Assembly (NCBI RefSeq): GCF_963921235.1
Contig: NC_086109.1
Span: forward strand, 16,804,001 to 16,868,000
Source of the DNA: Mobula hypostoma
Taxonomy: Eukaryota
Direction of reading: 5' to 3'
Length of the DNA stretch: 64,000 nucleotides
A model generated the notes under the pieces. The model was not told where the DNA came from and did no database searches. It worked only from the letters and a program-made list of their open reading frames with translations. The translations under genes were made by a program, and so were the position numbers. Shown in pieces: positions 38,833-52,314 of this stretch (the stretch's first letter is position 1; each line of letters opens with the position of its first letter).

Positions 38833-39526
38833 ATGCTCCCTCAAACACTGAGGTCCCATTTCCTCCACTCCCTCTGGCACACTGGGGCCCCATTTCCTGC
38901 ACTCCCTCTGGCACACTGGGGCCCCATTTCCTGCACTCCCTCTGGCACACTGAGGCCACATTTCCTGCACTCCCTCTGGCACCCTAGGGCCCCATTTCCT
39001 GCACTCTCTCTGGCACACTGGGACCCTATTTCCTGCACTTCTTCTGGCACACTGGGGCCCCATTTTCTGCACTCCCTCTGGCACCCTAGGGCCCCATTTC
39101 CTGCACTCTCTCTGGCACACTGGGGCCTCATTTCCTGCACTTCTTCTGGCACACTGGGGCCCCACTTCCATGCTCCCTCTGTCACACTGGGGCCCCATTT
39201 CCTGAACTCCCTCTGGCACACTGGGGCCCCATTTCCAGCACTCCCTCTGGCACACAGGGGCCCCATTTCCTGCACTCCCTCTGTCACACTGGGACCCTAT
39301 TTCCTGCACTTCTTCTGGCACACTGGGGCCCCATTTCCTGCACTCCCTCTGTCACACTGGGGCCCCATTTCCTGCACTCTCTCTCTGGTACACTGGGGCC
39401 CCATTTCCTGCACTTTTTCTGGCACATTGGGACCCCATTTCCTACACTCCCTCTGGCACACTGGGGCCCCATTTCCTGCACTCCCTCTGGCACACTGGGG
39501 CCCCATTTCCTGCACTCCCTCTGGCA
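38833..39526 (+). repeat. 34-bp minisatellite, ~20 units (GGCACACTGGGGCCCCATTTCCTGCACTCCCTCT)
   Basis: Head-to-tail units 34 bp apart (38876, 38910, 38944...) with no spacers. Confidence 0.97.
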
Positions 39527-39606
39527 CAGGGGGTCCCAACTTGGGGTCCACGATCCCTTGCTTAATGGTATTGGTCCATGGCCTAAGAAAACATTGGGAA
39601 CCACTG
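39527..39606. mobile_element. 80-bp hAT-like MITE
   Basis: Imperfect TIRs CAGGGGGTCCCAA / TTGGGAACCACTG. 8-bp flanks CTCTGGCA / CTATAGCA (6/8 identical). Confidence 0.65.
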
Positions 39607-39699
39607 CTATAGCACACTGGGACTCCAATTCCCTCACTCCATTTGAAATTACTTGGGTTCCCTTGCTTCCACTGGGGAACATATTCCAGGAGGGAATGT

Positions 39700-39912
39700 G
39701 GACTCAGACCATGAGGCCTGCGTCGGGCATTTTCATGCCTTACAAGGTGAAGATTGGAAGTCTGTGTGGGGCACCACTCCTCGCACAGACACTAGAGCAA
39801 TGTGTGGTTAAGTGCCTTGCTCAAGGACACAAACACGCTGCCACAGCTGAGGCTCGAACTAGCGACCTTCAGATCACTAGACGAACGCCCTAACCACTTG
39901 GCCATGTGCCCA
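39700..39912 (-). mobile_element. SINE with the same head/core as 20119-20394 but a different 3' part
   Basis: 39801-39912 aligns to 20283-20394. 39700-39800 shows no visible alignment to 20119-20280. Confidence 0.7.
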
Positions 39913-40537
39913 ACACAATCTAGGGTGCCCAACACAACAGATTCCAGGGTCCCTTTAAATTCACCTCATTCTGTTTCTCGCACTCCTTGGAAACTTGATG
40001 TATTCATTAGAAAAGTTATCACACTCTTAACATCCAAAAAAATGTATTAAATCTGTATTAAAACGGTACTCCAATAATCCAGAAAATCTGCCATTCCAGC
40101 ACCTCCGATGTCCTGAGAGTGCCTGATTAACAGAGTTTTACTGCAGTCCATTCTCCCTGCTTACTGCTTTACTTATCCTAATTTGGTTTGAAACCTCTAC
40201 AAGATCAACACTCACCACTCTTTGACAGAAGCTACTCGCCAAATTCCTTTCCAAATAGGCTACAAATGCCACATGAATCTATTTGGTCTCAGCATAATCA
40301 GAGCTTCCCATCCATTCCCGCCTTCTCTATAACCAAAAACTAACTTGTTTTCTTTCTTTCCCAGTTCTGACAAACGGAATCAGACTCTAAAACATGAACT
40401 TTATTTCTCTATCACAGAGGCTGCCTGACCTCTTAGTATTTCCTGCATTTTCTCTTTCTGTCATTGGATAACACTCGTTCATACTTGAAGGTCTATACTG
40501 CCATATCAGCTAAAGAAAATTAACAGTATGATTTCTT

Positions 40538-40746
40538 AAACACAAGCCTGTAGATGCTGGAAGTCCAAAGTAACACACAAAAAATGCTGGAGGAACTCAG
40601 CAGATCAAGGGGCGTCTATGGAAATGAATAAACAGTCAACGTTTCAGGCCAAGACCGAAGAAGGGTCTCAGCACAAACATCGACTATCTACCTATTTCTA
40701 TAGATGCTGCCTGATCTAAGTTCCTCCAGCATTTTGTGTGTGTTGC
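40538..40746. mobile_element. Palindromic PLE-end insertion
   Basis: Inverted arms meet at GGCCAAGAC|CGAAGAAGGGTC. Flanked by CAGTATGAT at 40524-40532 and 40746-40754. Confidence 0.75.
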
Positions 40747-41540
40747 AGTATGATATTATATTCTTATTGCTTAGCTGTCAAGCAAGACATTCAGAGCTAT
40801 TGGGTCATCGATTTAACCTACCCCAGTCAGATCATTTGCAATTAAAAAGCCTTCACTCCCTTCTTTATTTCGTGTTACATTCTCTCTTGGTTCCCCCACC
40901 CCATTTGTTTCAAGTCCTTCTCTATGACATAAAACATGCTTGCAACCCATTGCAAGTCTTATTGTTATCTCAGAGTTACAACAGGGTCAATGGGTCTTTT
41001 ACTATGGCCTTTATCAATTTACTAAAGGGAGACAGCCAATCGTTTCTGGGTGACTTCAATGCCCTGGTGTAAGAAGATGCAGCCCTCTGCCATTGTGTGA
41101 TTGGGAAGGAAGGCGTAGAAAGGCTAATCTACATACTTGGGATTGGAGATTGCCTATCTGATTTCCTTTTTTGTGAATAGCCATTGCATATCAGCCACCA
41201 CATGGACTTAATGTAGCAAGCTCCAAAAGCCTCTGAGGTCTGAACTCCCGACATCAAGCGTTATGTATACGCGGAACAAGAACGACAATGGAGTATCAGG
41301 ACTAAACATTTTTACTGAGTCCTGTTAGTATTGGTACATGCTGGGCAATTTGCAGTGTGGGACCCTCAAACCGGACCCAAAAGAGAGTGAAACCTCCGCG
41401 GGTAGACGGCCAATTGATTTACTGCATGGTAGATCAGCCCACATTCGTACTCGCCACATTCTTGCTTCGATCTGATACGGTACAGCAAGTACTTCAGGGC
41501 ACAGGTACATCAACTTTATAAAATCCTCCACATTCTAGCT

Positions 41541-42047
41541 ATTGAGGGAGTGCAGCGTAGGTTCACGAGGTTAATTCCTGGGATGGCGGGACTGTCATAT
41601 GTTGAAAGATTGGAGCAACTGGGCTTGTATACTCTGGAATTTAGAAGATTGAAGGGGGGGATCTTATTGAAATGTATAAAATCCTAAAGGGATTGGACAG
41701 GCTAGACGCAGGAAGATTGTTCCCGATGTTGAGGAAGTCCAGAACGAGGGGTCACAGTTTGAGGATAAAGGGGAAGCCTTTTAGGACCGAGATTAGGAAA
41801 AACTTCTTCACACAGAGAGTGGTGAATCTATGGAATTCTCTGTCACAGGAAACAGTTGGGGCCAGTTCATTGGCTATATTTAAGAGGGAGTTAGATATGG
41901 CCCTTGTGGCTAAATGGATCAGGGGGTATGGAGGGAAGGCTGGTACAGGGTTCTGAGTTGGATGATCAGCCATGATCATACTGAATGGCGGTGCAGGCTC
42001 GAAGGGCCGAATGGCCTACTCCTGCACCTATTTTCTATGTTTCTATG
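41541..42047 (+). mobile_element. CR1 3' fragment
   Basis: ORF 41672-41956 has RTRGHSLRI..FFTQRVVNLWNSL. (TTTCTATG)n tail. Confidence 0.88.
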
Positions 42048-42049
42048 TT

Positions 42050-42280
42050 TACGGTACCAGCAACTAGGGTTCAATTCCCGCCGCTGCCTGTAAGGAGTTT
42101 GTACGTTCTCCCCGCGACCCCATGGGTTTCCTCTGGGTTCCCTGGTTTCCTTGCACATTTCAGTACCAGTTGGTAGGTTAATTGGTCATTGTGAATTGTC
42201 CAGTATTTAGGCCAGAATTAAATCAGGGGATTGCTGGGCGGTGTGGCTCAAAGGGCCTGAATTTGTCTCAATAAAGTAAA
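42050..42280 (+). mobile_element. tRNA-derived SINE, same family
   Basis: GGGTTCAATTCCCG B-box and shared core. Confidence 0.7.
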
Positions 42281-43145
42281 ATTTAGAAAATAACCTTTTG
42301 ACACCCTAACTAGTTAAGTACCTACCAGCTTCCATGTTAAATTAAAGAACACTGTGGACCAAAGGTCCTGTACTGTTCTGTCATGTTCAATGATCTAAAT
42401 ATACTCAATGCCCTGGAATCCACAGGCCTCAGTTACTTACCCAGTCAGTTCTGCTGGACGGCCATGTCATTCAAGTTTGGAATCTTGCTAAATTTGATGC
42501 TAAGAGACTCAGTAACTGGATTACTTTAATATCGAGTTGCTCCTTGAATATTTCAGGTTAAATACACTTCCTTAGATGCAGCTCGACTCTTGAATTTCCC
42601 CTTGAACGATGACATTTGCAAAGAATCAATAATTCGTGTACAGCAGGATTGTGTTGTGCCGACTCAGCCAGATTTAGTATTAAGGCTTCTTCTCAGTCAG
42701 CATTAAATCAACTTACTTTCTTTCTTTAACTGAGAAAGTATTTACTTAATATATACCACAAAAAAGAAATTGTGTCTATGGCCCCTACCAAATCAAAAGC
42801 ACCTTTCAATAATGTTAAAGATATGCAAGTTTACAATTAATATTTAGGAATCAACATCACCAATGATTCCCATGGGTGGACCTCATGTTCTTTATGAGCT
42901 GGAGTACAACAGTGTCTAGTTAACAGCAGCAATGAGGCCTCCAATTGTATAATGTGAAGTTGACTACTTAATCTATCTTATTGACAGGTAAACTGGAGCA
43001 TGAAATTTGACAAATACCTTTTGAAATAATAAATGTACAAAGGCAGTTTCAGTGAGATTCAATCAATTCTCAGTGTCTGTTACTATAAAACATGAATAAA
43101 ACAGAGCTCAGAGCCTCATATGAATTGATCACGATGCCACTCTCG

Positions 43146-45307
43146 TGATCACAATGCCATTCGTATCAAAGTAAATACGGAAAAAGATAGGTCTGGTCCG
43201 CAGGCTGAGATTCTAAATTGGAAAAAGGCCAATTTTGATGGTATCAGAAATTATCTGGCAAGTGCGGATTGGGACAGGTTGTTTTCTGGCAAAGGTGCAC
43301 TTGATGAGTGGGAGGCCTTCGAAAGTGAAATTTTCAGAGAACAAAGCATGTTTGTGCCTGCCAGAATAAAAGATAAAGATAACAAGTTTAGGGAGATATT
43401 GAGGTTCTGGTTAAGAGAGAAAAAGAAGGTGCATAGCAGGCCTAGGCAGGTAGGAACAAATTAGGTGCCTATGGAGTATAGGAAATGCAAGAGAACACTG
43501 AAGAAAGAAATCAGGAGGGCTAAAAGAAGGCATGAAGTTACCCTGGCAGACAAGGTGAAGGAGAATCCTAAGGGATTCTATAGATATGTTAAGAGCAAAG
43601 TGATTGCAAGGGACAAAATTGGTCCTCTAGAAGATCAGAATGGAATCCCATGTGTGGAGCCAGAACTGATGGAGGAGATCTTAAATAATCTGTTTGCATC
43701 TGTATTTACTCAGGAGATGCACGCGGAGTCTATAGAAGTGAGGCAAAGGGGCACCAACTTTATGGACCCTGTACAGATTACAGAAAAGCGGGTGTTTGCT
43801 GTCATGAGGCAAATTAAGGTAGATAAATCTCCAGGGCCTGACAAGGTGTTCCTTTGGACCCTACAAGAGGCAAGTGCAGAAATTTCCAGGACCCTAGCAG
43901 AGATATTTAAATCATCCTTAGTGACTGGAGAGGTACCAGAGGATTGGAGGAGAGCCAATGTTGTTCCGTTTGTTAAGAAAGGCTCTAAGCATAAACCAGG
44001 AAATTATAGGCCCGTGAGCCCAACATCAGTTGTGGGAAAGTTATTGGAAGGTATTCTAAGGGACTGGGTATATAAGTATTTGGATAGACATAGACTGATT
44101 AAGAAAAGTCAGTATGGCTTTGTGCATGGTAGATCGTGTCTAACCAATCTTATGGGTTTTATCAAGGAACTTACCAGGAAAGTGGATGAAGGCAAGGCAG
44201 TGGATGTTATCTACATGGACTTTAGCATTTGTCAAGGTCCCGCATGGGAGACTGGTCATGAAGTTTCAGTCATTCGACATTGAAGATGAAGTAGTAAATT
44301 GGATTAGACATTGGCTTTCCAGGAGAAGCCAGGGAGTGGTAGTAGAGGGTTGCCTCTCAGACTGGAAGCTCGTGACTAGTGGTGTGCTGTGATCTGGATG
44401 ATAATGTAGTTAACTGGATGAGCAAGTTTTGCGGATGACACCAAGATTAAGGGTGTAGTGGACAGCGAGGAGGGCTATCATGGCTTGCAGAGGGATCTGC
44501 ATCACCTGGAAAAATGGGCTGAAAAATGGCAAATGGAATTTATTGCAGACAAGTGCAAGGTGTAGCACTTCTGTATGACCAACTAGGACAGGCCTTACAT
44601 GTGAACATTATGGGAACTGAGGGGTGTGGTAGAACAAAGGGAACTGGGAATACAGGTCTGTATTTCATTGAAAGTGGTGGCACAGGTAGTTAGAGTCATA
44701 AAGAAAGCTTTTGGCACGTTGGCCTTCATAAATCAGTGTACTGAGTACAGGAGATGAGATGTTATGTTGAAATTGTATTAGACATTGTTGAAGCCCAGTT
44801 TGGAGTATTAAGTGCAGTATTGGTCACCTACCTACAGGAAAGATGTAAATAAGTTTGAAGGTGTACAGAGAAAATTTACAAGGATATTTCTGGGTCTGCA
44901 GGACCTGATTTATAAGGAAAGACTGAATAGGTTGTGACTTTATTCCTTGAAACATAGAAGATTGAGAGGAGATTTAATAGAGGTATGCAAAATTATGAGG
45001 GGTATAGACAGGGTAAATGCAATCAGGCTTTTTCCACTGAGGTTGGATGGGACTATAACCAGAGATCATGTGATAAGGGTGAAAGGTGAAAATTTTAAGG
45101 GGAATACGAGGGGAAACTTCTTCACTCTGAGAGTTGTCAGAGGGTGGAATGAGCTACCAGCACAAGTGGTCCACACAAGCTCGATTTCAATGTTTAAGAG
45201 AAGTTTAAATAGGTACATGGATAGTAGGAGTATAGAGGGCTATGGTCCCAGTGCGGGTCTATAGGCTATCAGTTTAGATGGTTTCCAGTATGGACTAGCT
45301 GGGCTGA
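43146..45307 (+). mobile_element. Degenerate CR1 ORF2
   Basis: ORFs 43279-43464, 43465-44283, 44186-44392 and 44947-45264 are homologous to the 764-aa CR1 ORF. Confidence 0.92.
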
Positions 45308-47236
45308 ATGACTGCTTTCTTTCCCCTTTTCATTCTCCCTGTTCCTATCTCTCGCTCTTTCTCTTACTCTTCCTCTCTTAGCTCGCTCTGTCCTTCTTCT
45401 ATTTCATCACTCCTGCAGCCCTTCACTTGCTCTGTCTCATTTTCTCACATTCTGTCATTCCCTCTTTTCCTCCCTATCACACGGTCTGTCTGTCTCTGTC
45501 TCTCTCTCTACACCCCTCTTCCTACAGAGCTGGGAATGTTCATTTTAGTTTTGTTTTCACTTTATCCAGATGCTCACTCATGACATGGTGGCGTACTAAC
45601 GCATGCCATTCACATGCTTTTTACATATAACTCATAACAAATTACGTAAACAAGAAATGCTTAAACAAGCAACATGTTTAAAATGTTACTGATATATACA
45701 CAACACCTAGCACCCTAGGGCCCCAACTTTTACAAAAAAAGACAAATAAAGTACAAATTATACCAAGCTAAACAACAATCACCCCATAGTTTGAACAAAA
45801 GGGCAACTGTAGTGCAAAGAGTGGTCATAGTGCTGCAATACTAAGATAGTGATTCAGGTTGTGAAGTGTAGTTCAAAAAACAAGTAGTTGAAAGGAAGTC
45901 TCTGCTCTTGAACCCGATTGTGTGAGACTTCACGCTCCTGTACCTCCTCCCTGACGGTAGCTGGGAGACAGTGGCATGGCCGAGCCACTGGGATCTTTAA
46001 TGATAGATGTTTCCATCTTAAGGCACCATATGGGTTGACCATGTGTTTGTTTTTTGTGTTCTGTATGCTTTATCTGTTATGTATTTTCTGGACATGAACA
46101 ATTCATCTCTCCACAAGATAGCATAATTAATGTGACTTTCAGATATCCAAACATCTTTGGAGTTCAGCGAACCGAATTTGCTATGAATATTTCATTGTGG
46201 GTAATGTGCTATGATCAATTCACTCAGACTGTACCCAGCTGCAGGCCCCAACCCCACTCTTGCTTTCAGCAGTCAAGCAAGCCTAGTGTATTTCTCTTCC
46301 ATTCAGATGTAGTGGACAACGTCCAGCAAGCAAGAAATCTGCTTATTGTGAAGTTTATTTCTCTGTAGTCATCCCGTACGACGCACAACATGTCCAGAAA
46401 TATCGCACTGCCTGGATTTTTTGCATTTTTGTTGCTATTTATTCTTGTTCGTTTACAGCTGCTCTAATACATCTCCAGTTATATTTTGCCCTTGTCTTTG
46501 CTGATTCTGGTACTGGTCTTTTCCTTTATCATTCTGATCTGATTGGCTTCATCCATGTTTTTTTCTCATCTAATGTCTTCCCCATTGTGGGCGATCTATA
46601 TTATTCTATACCTCACTTCTTTCTATCTTCACTCTATCCCTAATTCCGAACTTCAGTTCATTGGCAACTACAATGAAAGTAACTGCCTCTTTCTAAAGTA
46701 GCAATCAAATAACAGAAGGGGTCTATTTAGTACACCACGGCTGTGTTATCTCTTTGAAAAGAGCTATCCAATTAGTCCCACTCCCCCTTCTTTTTCACAA
46801 TGGCTCTGTAAGGTTTTTTTTCCCCAGTACTTATCCAATTCCCTAGTGAAAGTTATTATTGAATCTATTTCCCCTCATCATTTCAGGCAGAGTTCGCAAA
46901 TTGTAACAAACTACTGTGTTTAAGGAAAAATCAGCTTCTGTCATTAATTTCGACTTCCCTGCTAAGAAATCATGTTGCCATCCCTACAACAGAATACATT
47001 TTAAAACAATCCTATTATAATATGAGTAACAGTAGAGATTCTGTCAGCTTTATTGGAATAGAAGAAAAGAAGGTTGTTCATGTCCAGAAAATGCACAACA
47101 TATAAAGCAATGATAATCCCAAAAAAGCTACTGATTGTTGCAAAAACCCATTTGGTTTATGTACATCCTTCAGGGAAAGACATTTGCCATCCTTACCTGT
47201 TATGTCTTATCGTGTAATTCTGTGTGTTGTCTCTTA

Positions 47237-48074
47237 CACTCAGTGGCCACTTTATTAGGTACAGGAGTAGAACCTAATATTGTCTTCTGCTGTGCAGCTC
47301 ATTCACTTTAAGGTTTGATGTGTTGTGCAGTCAGAGATGCTCTTCTGCACACCACTGTTGTAACGGATGGTTATCTGAGTTAATGTCACCTTCCTGTCAG
47401 CTTGAGCCATTCTGTCCATGCTCCTCTGACCTCTCTCATTAACGAGACATTTTTGCCCGCAGAACTGCTGCTCACTGGATGTTTATTTTTTTGCTTGTTT
47501 TGTTTTTTGCACCATTCTATTTACTTATTTATTGGCATACAGCACAGAATAGGCCCTTCCTGACCTCGAGGCACGCTGCCCAGCGATCTCCCGATTTAAT
47601 CTGATCCAAATCAGGGAAGAACTTACAGTGACCAATTAACCTATAAGCCAGGATGTCTTTGAACTGTGGGAGGAAACCGGAGCACCCGGAGGAAACCCAC
47701 ATGGTCAAACATACAAACTCCTGACAGGCAGCAGTAGGATTTGAACTCACATCATCTGTTCCGTAAAGCATTGTGCTAACCATTACACCACGTACCACCC
47801 CAGAGCATTCTCTGTAAACTCTAGCGACTGTTGTGTGTCAAAATCCCAGGAGATCAGCAGTTTCTGAGATACTCAAACCACCCAGTACGGCACCAACAGT
47901 CATTCCACGGTCAAAGTCACTTCACCAATCTGATGTTTCGTCTGAACAGCAAGTGAACCTTTTGAACATATCTCATACTCTTATACATTGAGTTGCTGCC
48001 ACATGATTGGCTGATTAGATATTTGCATTAATGAGCAGATGTACCGGTGTACCTAATAAAGTGGCCTGTGAGTG
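47237..48074. mobile_element. Tc1/mariner-like MITE containing a SINE insertion
   Basis: TA-CACTCAGTGGCCACTTTATTAGGTAC ... GTACCTAATAAAGTGGCCTGTGAGTG inverted termini. Confidence 0.8.
47522..47803 (-). mobile_element. tRNA-derived SINE nested in a MITE
   Basis: Reverse-complement core GGGTTTCCTCCGGGTGCTCCGGTTTCCTCCCACAG and a (TAAA)n tail. Confidence 0.78.
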
Positions 48075-48357
48075 TGTAATAGCATAACGGTTAACACAAC
48101 ACCTTACAGTACAGGCGACCCAGGTTCAATTCCCACCACTGCCTGAAAGGAGTTTGTATGTTCTCCCTGTGACCACATGGGTTTCCTCCAGTAGCTCTGG
48201 TTTCCTCCTACAGTCCAAAGATGTACCGGTTGGCAGATTAATTGGTCATTGTAAATTGCTCCATGATTAGGCTTCGATTAAGTCATGGGTTGCTAGGCAG
48301 TATGGCTTGAAGGGCTGGAAGAGCCTATTCCACACTGTATCTCAATAAATAAATAAA
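48075..48357 (+). mobile_element. tRNA-derived SINE
   Basis: GGTTCAATTCC B-box, shared core and (AAAT)n tail. Confidence 0.78.
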
Positions 48358-48577
48358 ATTATAGCACCTCATAAACTTGAGGGTTCCCTTCCCATTTACT
48401 GGGTTTGCATGAATTCCAAAGGCAAATTCCTGGATTGTCCCTGGTTGTAGATGGCTCTGTATCACATTCTCAAAGGCAATTAGGAGTGGGTAATAAATGC
48501 TGCCTTTGTCAGCCACATCCAGAAAACTACAAACAAATCAACACTGGGAACTAATGCAGCTTGCTTCTCTGTTACAG

Positions 48578-48722
48578 ACTGGGCAGGGGTCCAAAGCGCC
48601 ATTGGAGAATTTGGCCCAGTATTTCAAGAGCAGCCAAAGAATACCTTGTATCCTGAAGGATCAACTGAAAGGAAGGTGGTGTTGAACTGTCACGTGCGTG
48701 CCAGCCCGCCTGCTACATACAG
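48578..48722 (+). CDS. cntn2: Contactin-2-like exon, Ig1 N-half (DWAGVQSAIGEFGPVFQEQPKNTLYPEGSTERKVVLNCHVRASPPATYR)
   Basis: Acceptor TTCTCTGTTACAG, donor AG|GTAAGG, 145 nt. FGPVF..QP and RASPPATYR match the contactin-2 Ig1 sequence as I recall it. This frame is not in the ORF track. Confidence 0.93.
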
Positions 48723-49648
48723 GTAAGGCAGCGTAAAAAATATGATTCGGCAAGTGCTTGCGTGCACAAGGAGAATTGCAAGGAGTGCTCCGACCAGTTC
48801 AGTTTGCTTTAAAATAGAGTAATTCAATTTACAATCAGAAAAAGAGTGTGCCGTCTGAGAACAGTGGCAGTCGGCTTGTTGCTTTGTTGCCTGGCCAACA
48901 GTCGCTTCACTACACAGTGACTTATTGAATGTGAAATACCTTTTGGTGCTTCTGAGATAAGGCACCTTGGAAGCACAGGGGTTCCCTTCCCACTGAATGG
49001 ATTTGCATGGATACAAAAACCAAACCCTGGAACACTTAGGGTTAGAAATATCAGGGGATCCAATAAAGATTAACTTAATTTGTCACATGTAATGTACATC
49101 GAAATATCAAAATATGTAGAGAAATGTGTTTTTGCATCAATAACCAAACCTGAAGATGTTCTGTGGAAGCTCATAGGTGTCACTATGGTTCCAACACCAG
49201 TATAGCGTGCCCACGACTTACTGACCTGTACGGTTTTGGACTACACAGTACTTTGGAGGAAACTGGAGCACTCCGAGGAAATCCACACAGACATGGGGAG
49301 AACATCCAAACTCCACAGAGATAGAGGCGGGAATTGGAGCTGTAAAGCATTCCACTAACTACTGTGCTACCAAACTGCCCAACAATAAACTATTAAACTA
49401 CAAACAATAAACCGTTGTTTTGGAAGTGATTTCTCCCAATGAAAATCTATAGGAAGGTATGAATTATAAGGTTCTGGCTGGTGAAGCTTCTTGAATGGAA
49501 ATGGTTTTAGAAACATAAAAAGCATTATAGGAGCATGAGAAGGCCAGTCACTGCCCCAAATTGCTCCACCTTTCAACACCATTTCCCCACTGTCTCCCCA
49601 TATTCCATGCTATTTAAATGTCTCTCGGTCTCTGCTTCAAATAGTACA

Positions 49649-50533
49649 GTCATAGTCATACTTTATTAATCCCAGGGGAAATTGGTTTTCGTTACAGTTG
49701 CTCCATAAATAATAAATAGTAATAGAACCATAAATAGTTGAATAGTAATATGTAAATTATGCCAGTAAATTATGAAATAAGTCCAGGACCAGCCTATCGG
49801 CTCAGGGTGTCTGACCCTCCAAGGGAGGAGTTGTAAAGTTTGATGGCCACAGGCAGGAATGACTTCCTATGACGCTCTGTGTTGCATCTCGGTGGAATGA
49901 GTCTCTGGCTGAATGTACTCCTGTGCCCACCCAGTACATTATGTAGTGGATGGGAGACATTGACCAAGATGGCATGCAACTTAGACAGCATCCTCTTTTC
50001 AGACACCACCGTGAGACAGTCCAGTTCCATCCCCACAACATCACTGGCCTTTCGAATAAGTTTGTTGATTCTGTTGGTGTCTGCTACCCTCAGCCTGCTG
50101 CCCCAGCACACAACAGCAAACATGATAGCACTGGCCACCACAGGCTCGTAGAACATCCTCAGCATCGTCCGGCAGATGTTAAAGGACCTCAGTCTCCTCA
50201 GGAAATAGAGACGGCTCTGACCCTTCTTGTAGACAGCCTCAGTGTTCTTTGACCAGTCCAGTTTATTGTCAATTCATATCCCCAGGTATTTGTAATCCTC
50301 CACCATATCCACACTGACCCCCTGGATGGAAACAGGGATCACCAGTACCTTAGCTCTCCTCAGGTCTACCACCAGCTCCTTAGTCTTTTTCACATTAAGC
50401 TGCAGATAATTCTGCTCACACCATGTGACAAAGTTTCCTACCGTAGCCCTGTACTCAGCCTCATCTCCCTTGCTGATGCATCCAACTATGGCAGAGTCAT
50501 CCGAAAACTTCTGAAGATGACAAGACTCTGTGC
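49649..50533 (-). mobile_element. Rex1/Babar-like LINE 3' fragment, relatively intact
   Basis: QKFSDDSAIVG, WCEQNYLQLNVKKTKELVVD and YKYLG motifs. AATAAA plus an (ATGACT)n tail. Confidence 0.85.
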
Positions 50534-52138
50534 AAATATGTCTGATAACACCTTCAAACATTGAAGAAGAAATTGCACCTCATTCTTCTGCCACCACTGT
50601 GGGGAATATCCTCTCGATATTGACCATTTCAAATCTCACCTCAATCTCATCTCCCGCCCCTGCACGAAACTACATGTTTTGTTGAGATCACCATTCTCTT
50701 ATTCAATGAGGAAAGGCCCAATCTGCCTGACCTTCCTTTATACATTCTCCCCTTCATCCCAGGAATAGTGAATCTTCTCTGCACTGCTCCAGTGTAAGTC
50801 TATCCTACCTCAAATGCCTGGAGGATTCTGGCTGAGGTCCAGCAGCTCCCTGTAATGTTGCATGGAACTCCCTACTTTTATTCTCCATTTTCTCTGCAAT
50901 AAAAATCATCGTTGCATGAGCCTCCTTAATTAATGACCTTCTTAATTACTTGCCAAACCTTTCATGCACCAGGACACCTCAATACCTTTCCACCTTCTTT
51001 AGAAGATAATTGGCTTTTATAATTTTCCTCTACACTCCACTGCCAGCTTCAGCTTTTCCATATCTCTCTGCAGCCTGTTTGTATTAACACAGCTTACTAA
51101 CCCATCCATCTTTACATCAGTACGTTTAACCTTTCATTCAAATTACTGTTACAGATTGTAAATATTTGAGGCCCAGTAGTGACCCCTGTGGTAACCCTAC
51201 TAGTTACTGATTGGCAACATGAAAATGATTCGTGAATCCTAACTCTTTGTCTTCTGTCAGACAGTTTAAAGTTCAAAGTAAATTTATTAACAAAGTACAT
51301 ATGTCACCATATACAATCCTGGGATTCATTTGAAATTCATTGATGATTCCCTATCCAAACCTTTTTGAAAGTGTGTGCCCAAATTGGTAATAATCTTCTA
51401 AAAATTCCTCTCATGTGCATTGAACAGAGATTATAATTGATCATTGGAATTGGTAACAACAGTTACCACTTTATTTACGAAAAAGGATAAGTCCTGTTGC
51501 TTATTTATGTGAATTCATTGCTTTACTGTTAATAAGAGTGTAACAAAGTCAAAATTAGATAAATGAGGGGTTTAATGAATCGAGGGGCAGGAAGCATGCC
51601 GCATGCAAGAAGAATTTTGCGTGTGCCAGACGCTTGCCACCCCTGCTCCATCTATGCCAAATTATTGCTTCCAGCCCTTTGGCTTTTTCTGTATTAACCT
51701 TTAATATAACACCTTATTGAGTGCCCTCTGGAAATCTAAATACATTGCATGTATTAGACCCCCACTTACAGTACCACAGTTTGCTATGACCTCAAAGAAC
51801 TCTGGCAAATATTCAAACATAAATCCTTTTCATAAAACTATTTTAAGTCTACCTTATTGTTCTTTATATACACCCAGCTATTATCTCCTTTGTAATACTT
51901 TGAATCATTTTCCAAAATAACAGACCTAACTGGCCTATAGTTTCATGATTTCTGTCTCCCTTCTTTCTTGGTATTACCCTTTTTCTAATCTTCTGCCATT
52001 TCTTTAGAGTCCAGGTGATGTTGGTAGATTGCAGCCAATGTCACTGCTGTCACTTCCTTTAAGTGTAGATTAAATGTCTGACCACTGTGCTATTAGGAGC
52101 CAATTTATCGATGTCTCTGGTCTCATTCCTCTCTGCAG

Positions 52139-52314
52139 GTGGAAGGTGAATGGGACGAACATTAACATCGAAGGCAATGACCGTTACAGCTTGGTTGGAG
52201 GAAATCTAGTGATCAGTAACCCAACACGGTCCAAAGATCCTGGGTCCTATCAGTGTCTGGCAACAAACAGAATTGGGACAGTCATCAGCAAAGAAGCCTT
52301 CCTACGCTTTGGTT
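52139..52314 (+). CDS. cntn2: Contactin-2-like exon, Ig1 C-half ([58 protein letters not shown])
   Basis: Acceptor CTCTCTGCAG, donor T|GTAAGT, 176 nt, in frame. Ig D-x-G-x-Y-x-C motif, LVGGNLVI, and an NGT sequon. Confidence 0.95.

Noticed and set aside
38833..39526. CRISPR-like array
   Set aside because: Units are contiguous with no unique spacers, the context is eukaryotic, and there are no cas genes.
38797..39682. Long ORFs (263, 174, 148, 132 aa) on both strands
   Set aside because: They arise from a largely stop-free 34-bp repeat cycling through frames, with no splice or homology support.
48497..48685. 62-aa ORF overlapping the Ig1 exon
   Set aside because: Wrong frame. The contactin frame is defined by the splice phases and motifs.
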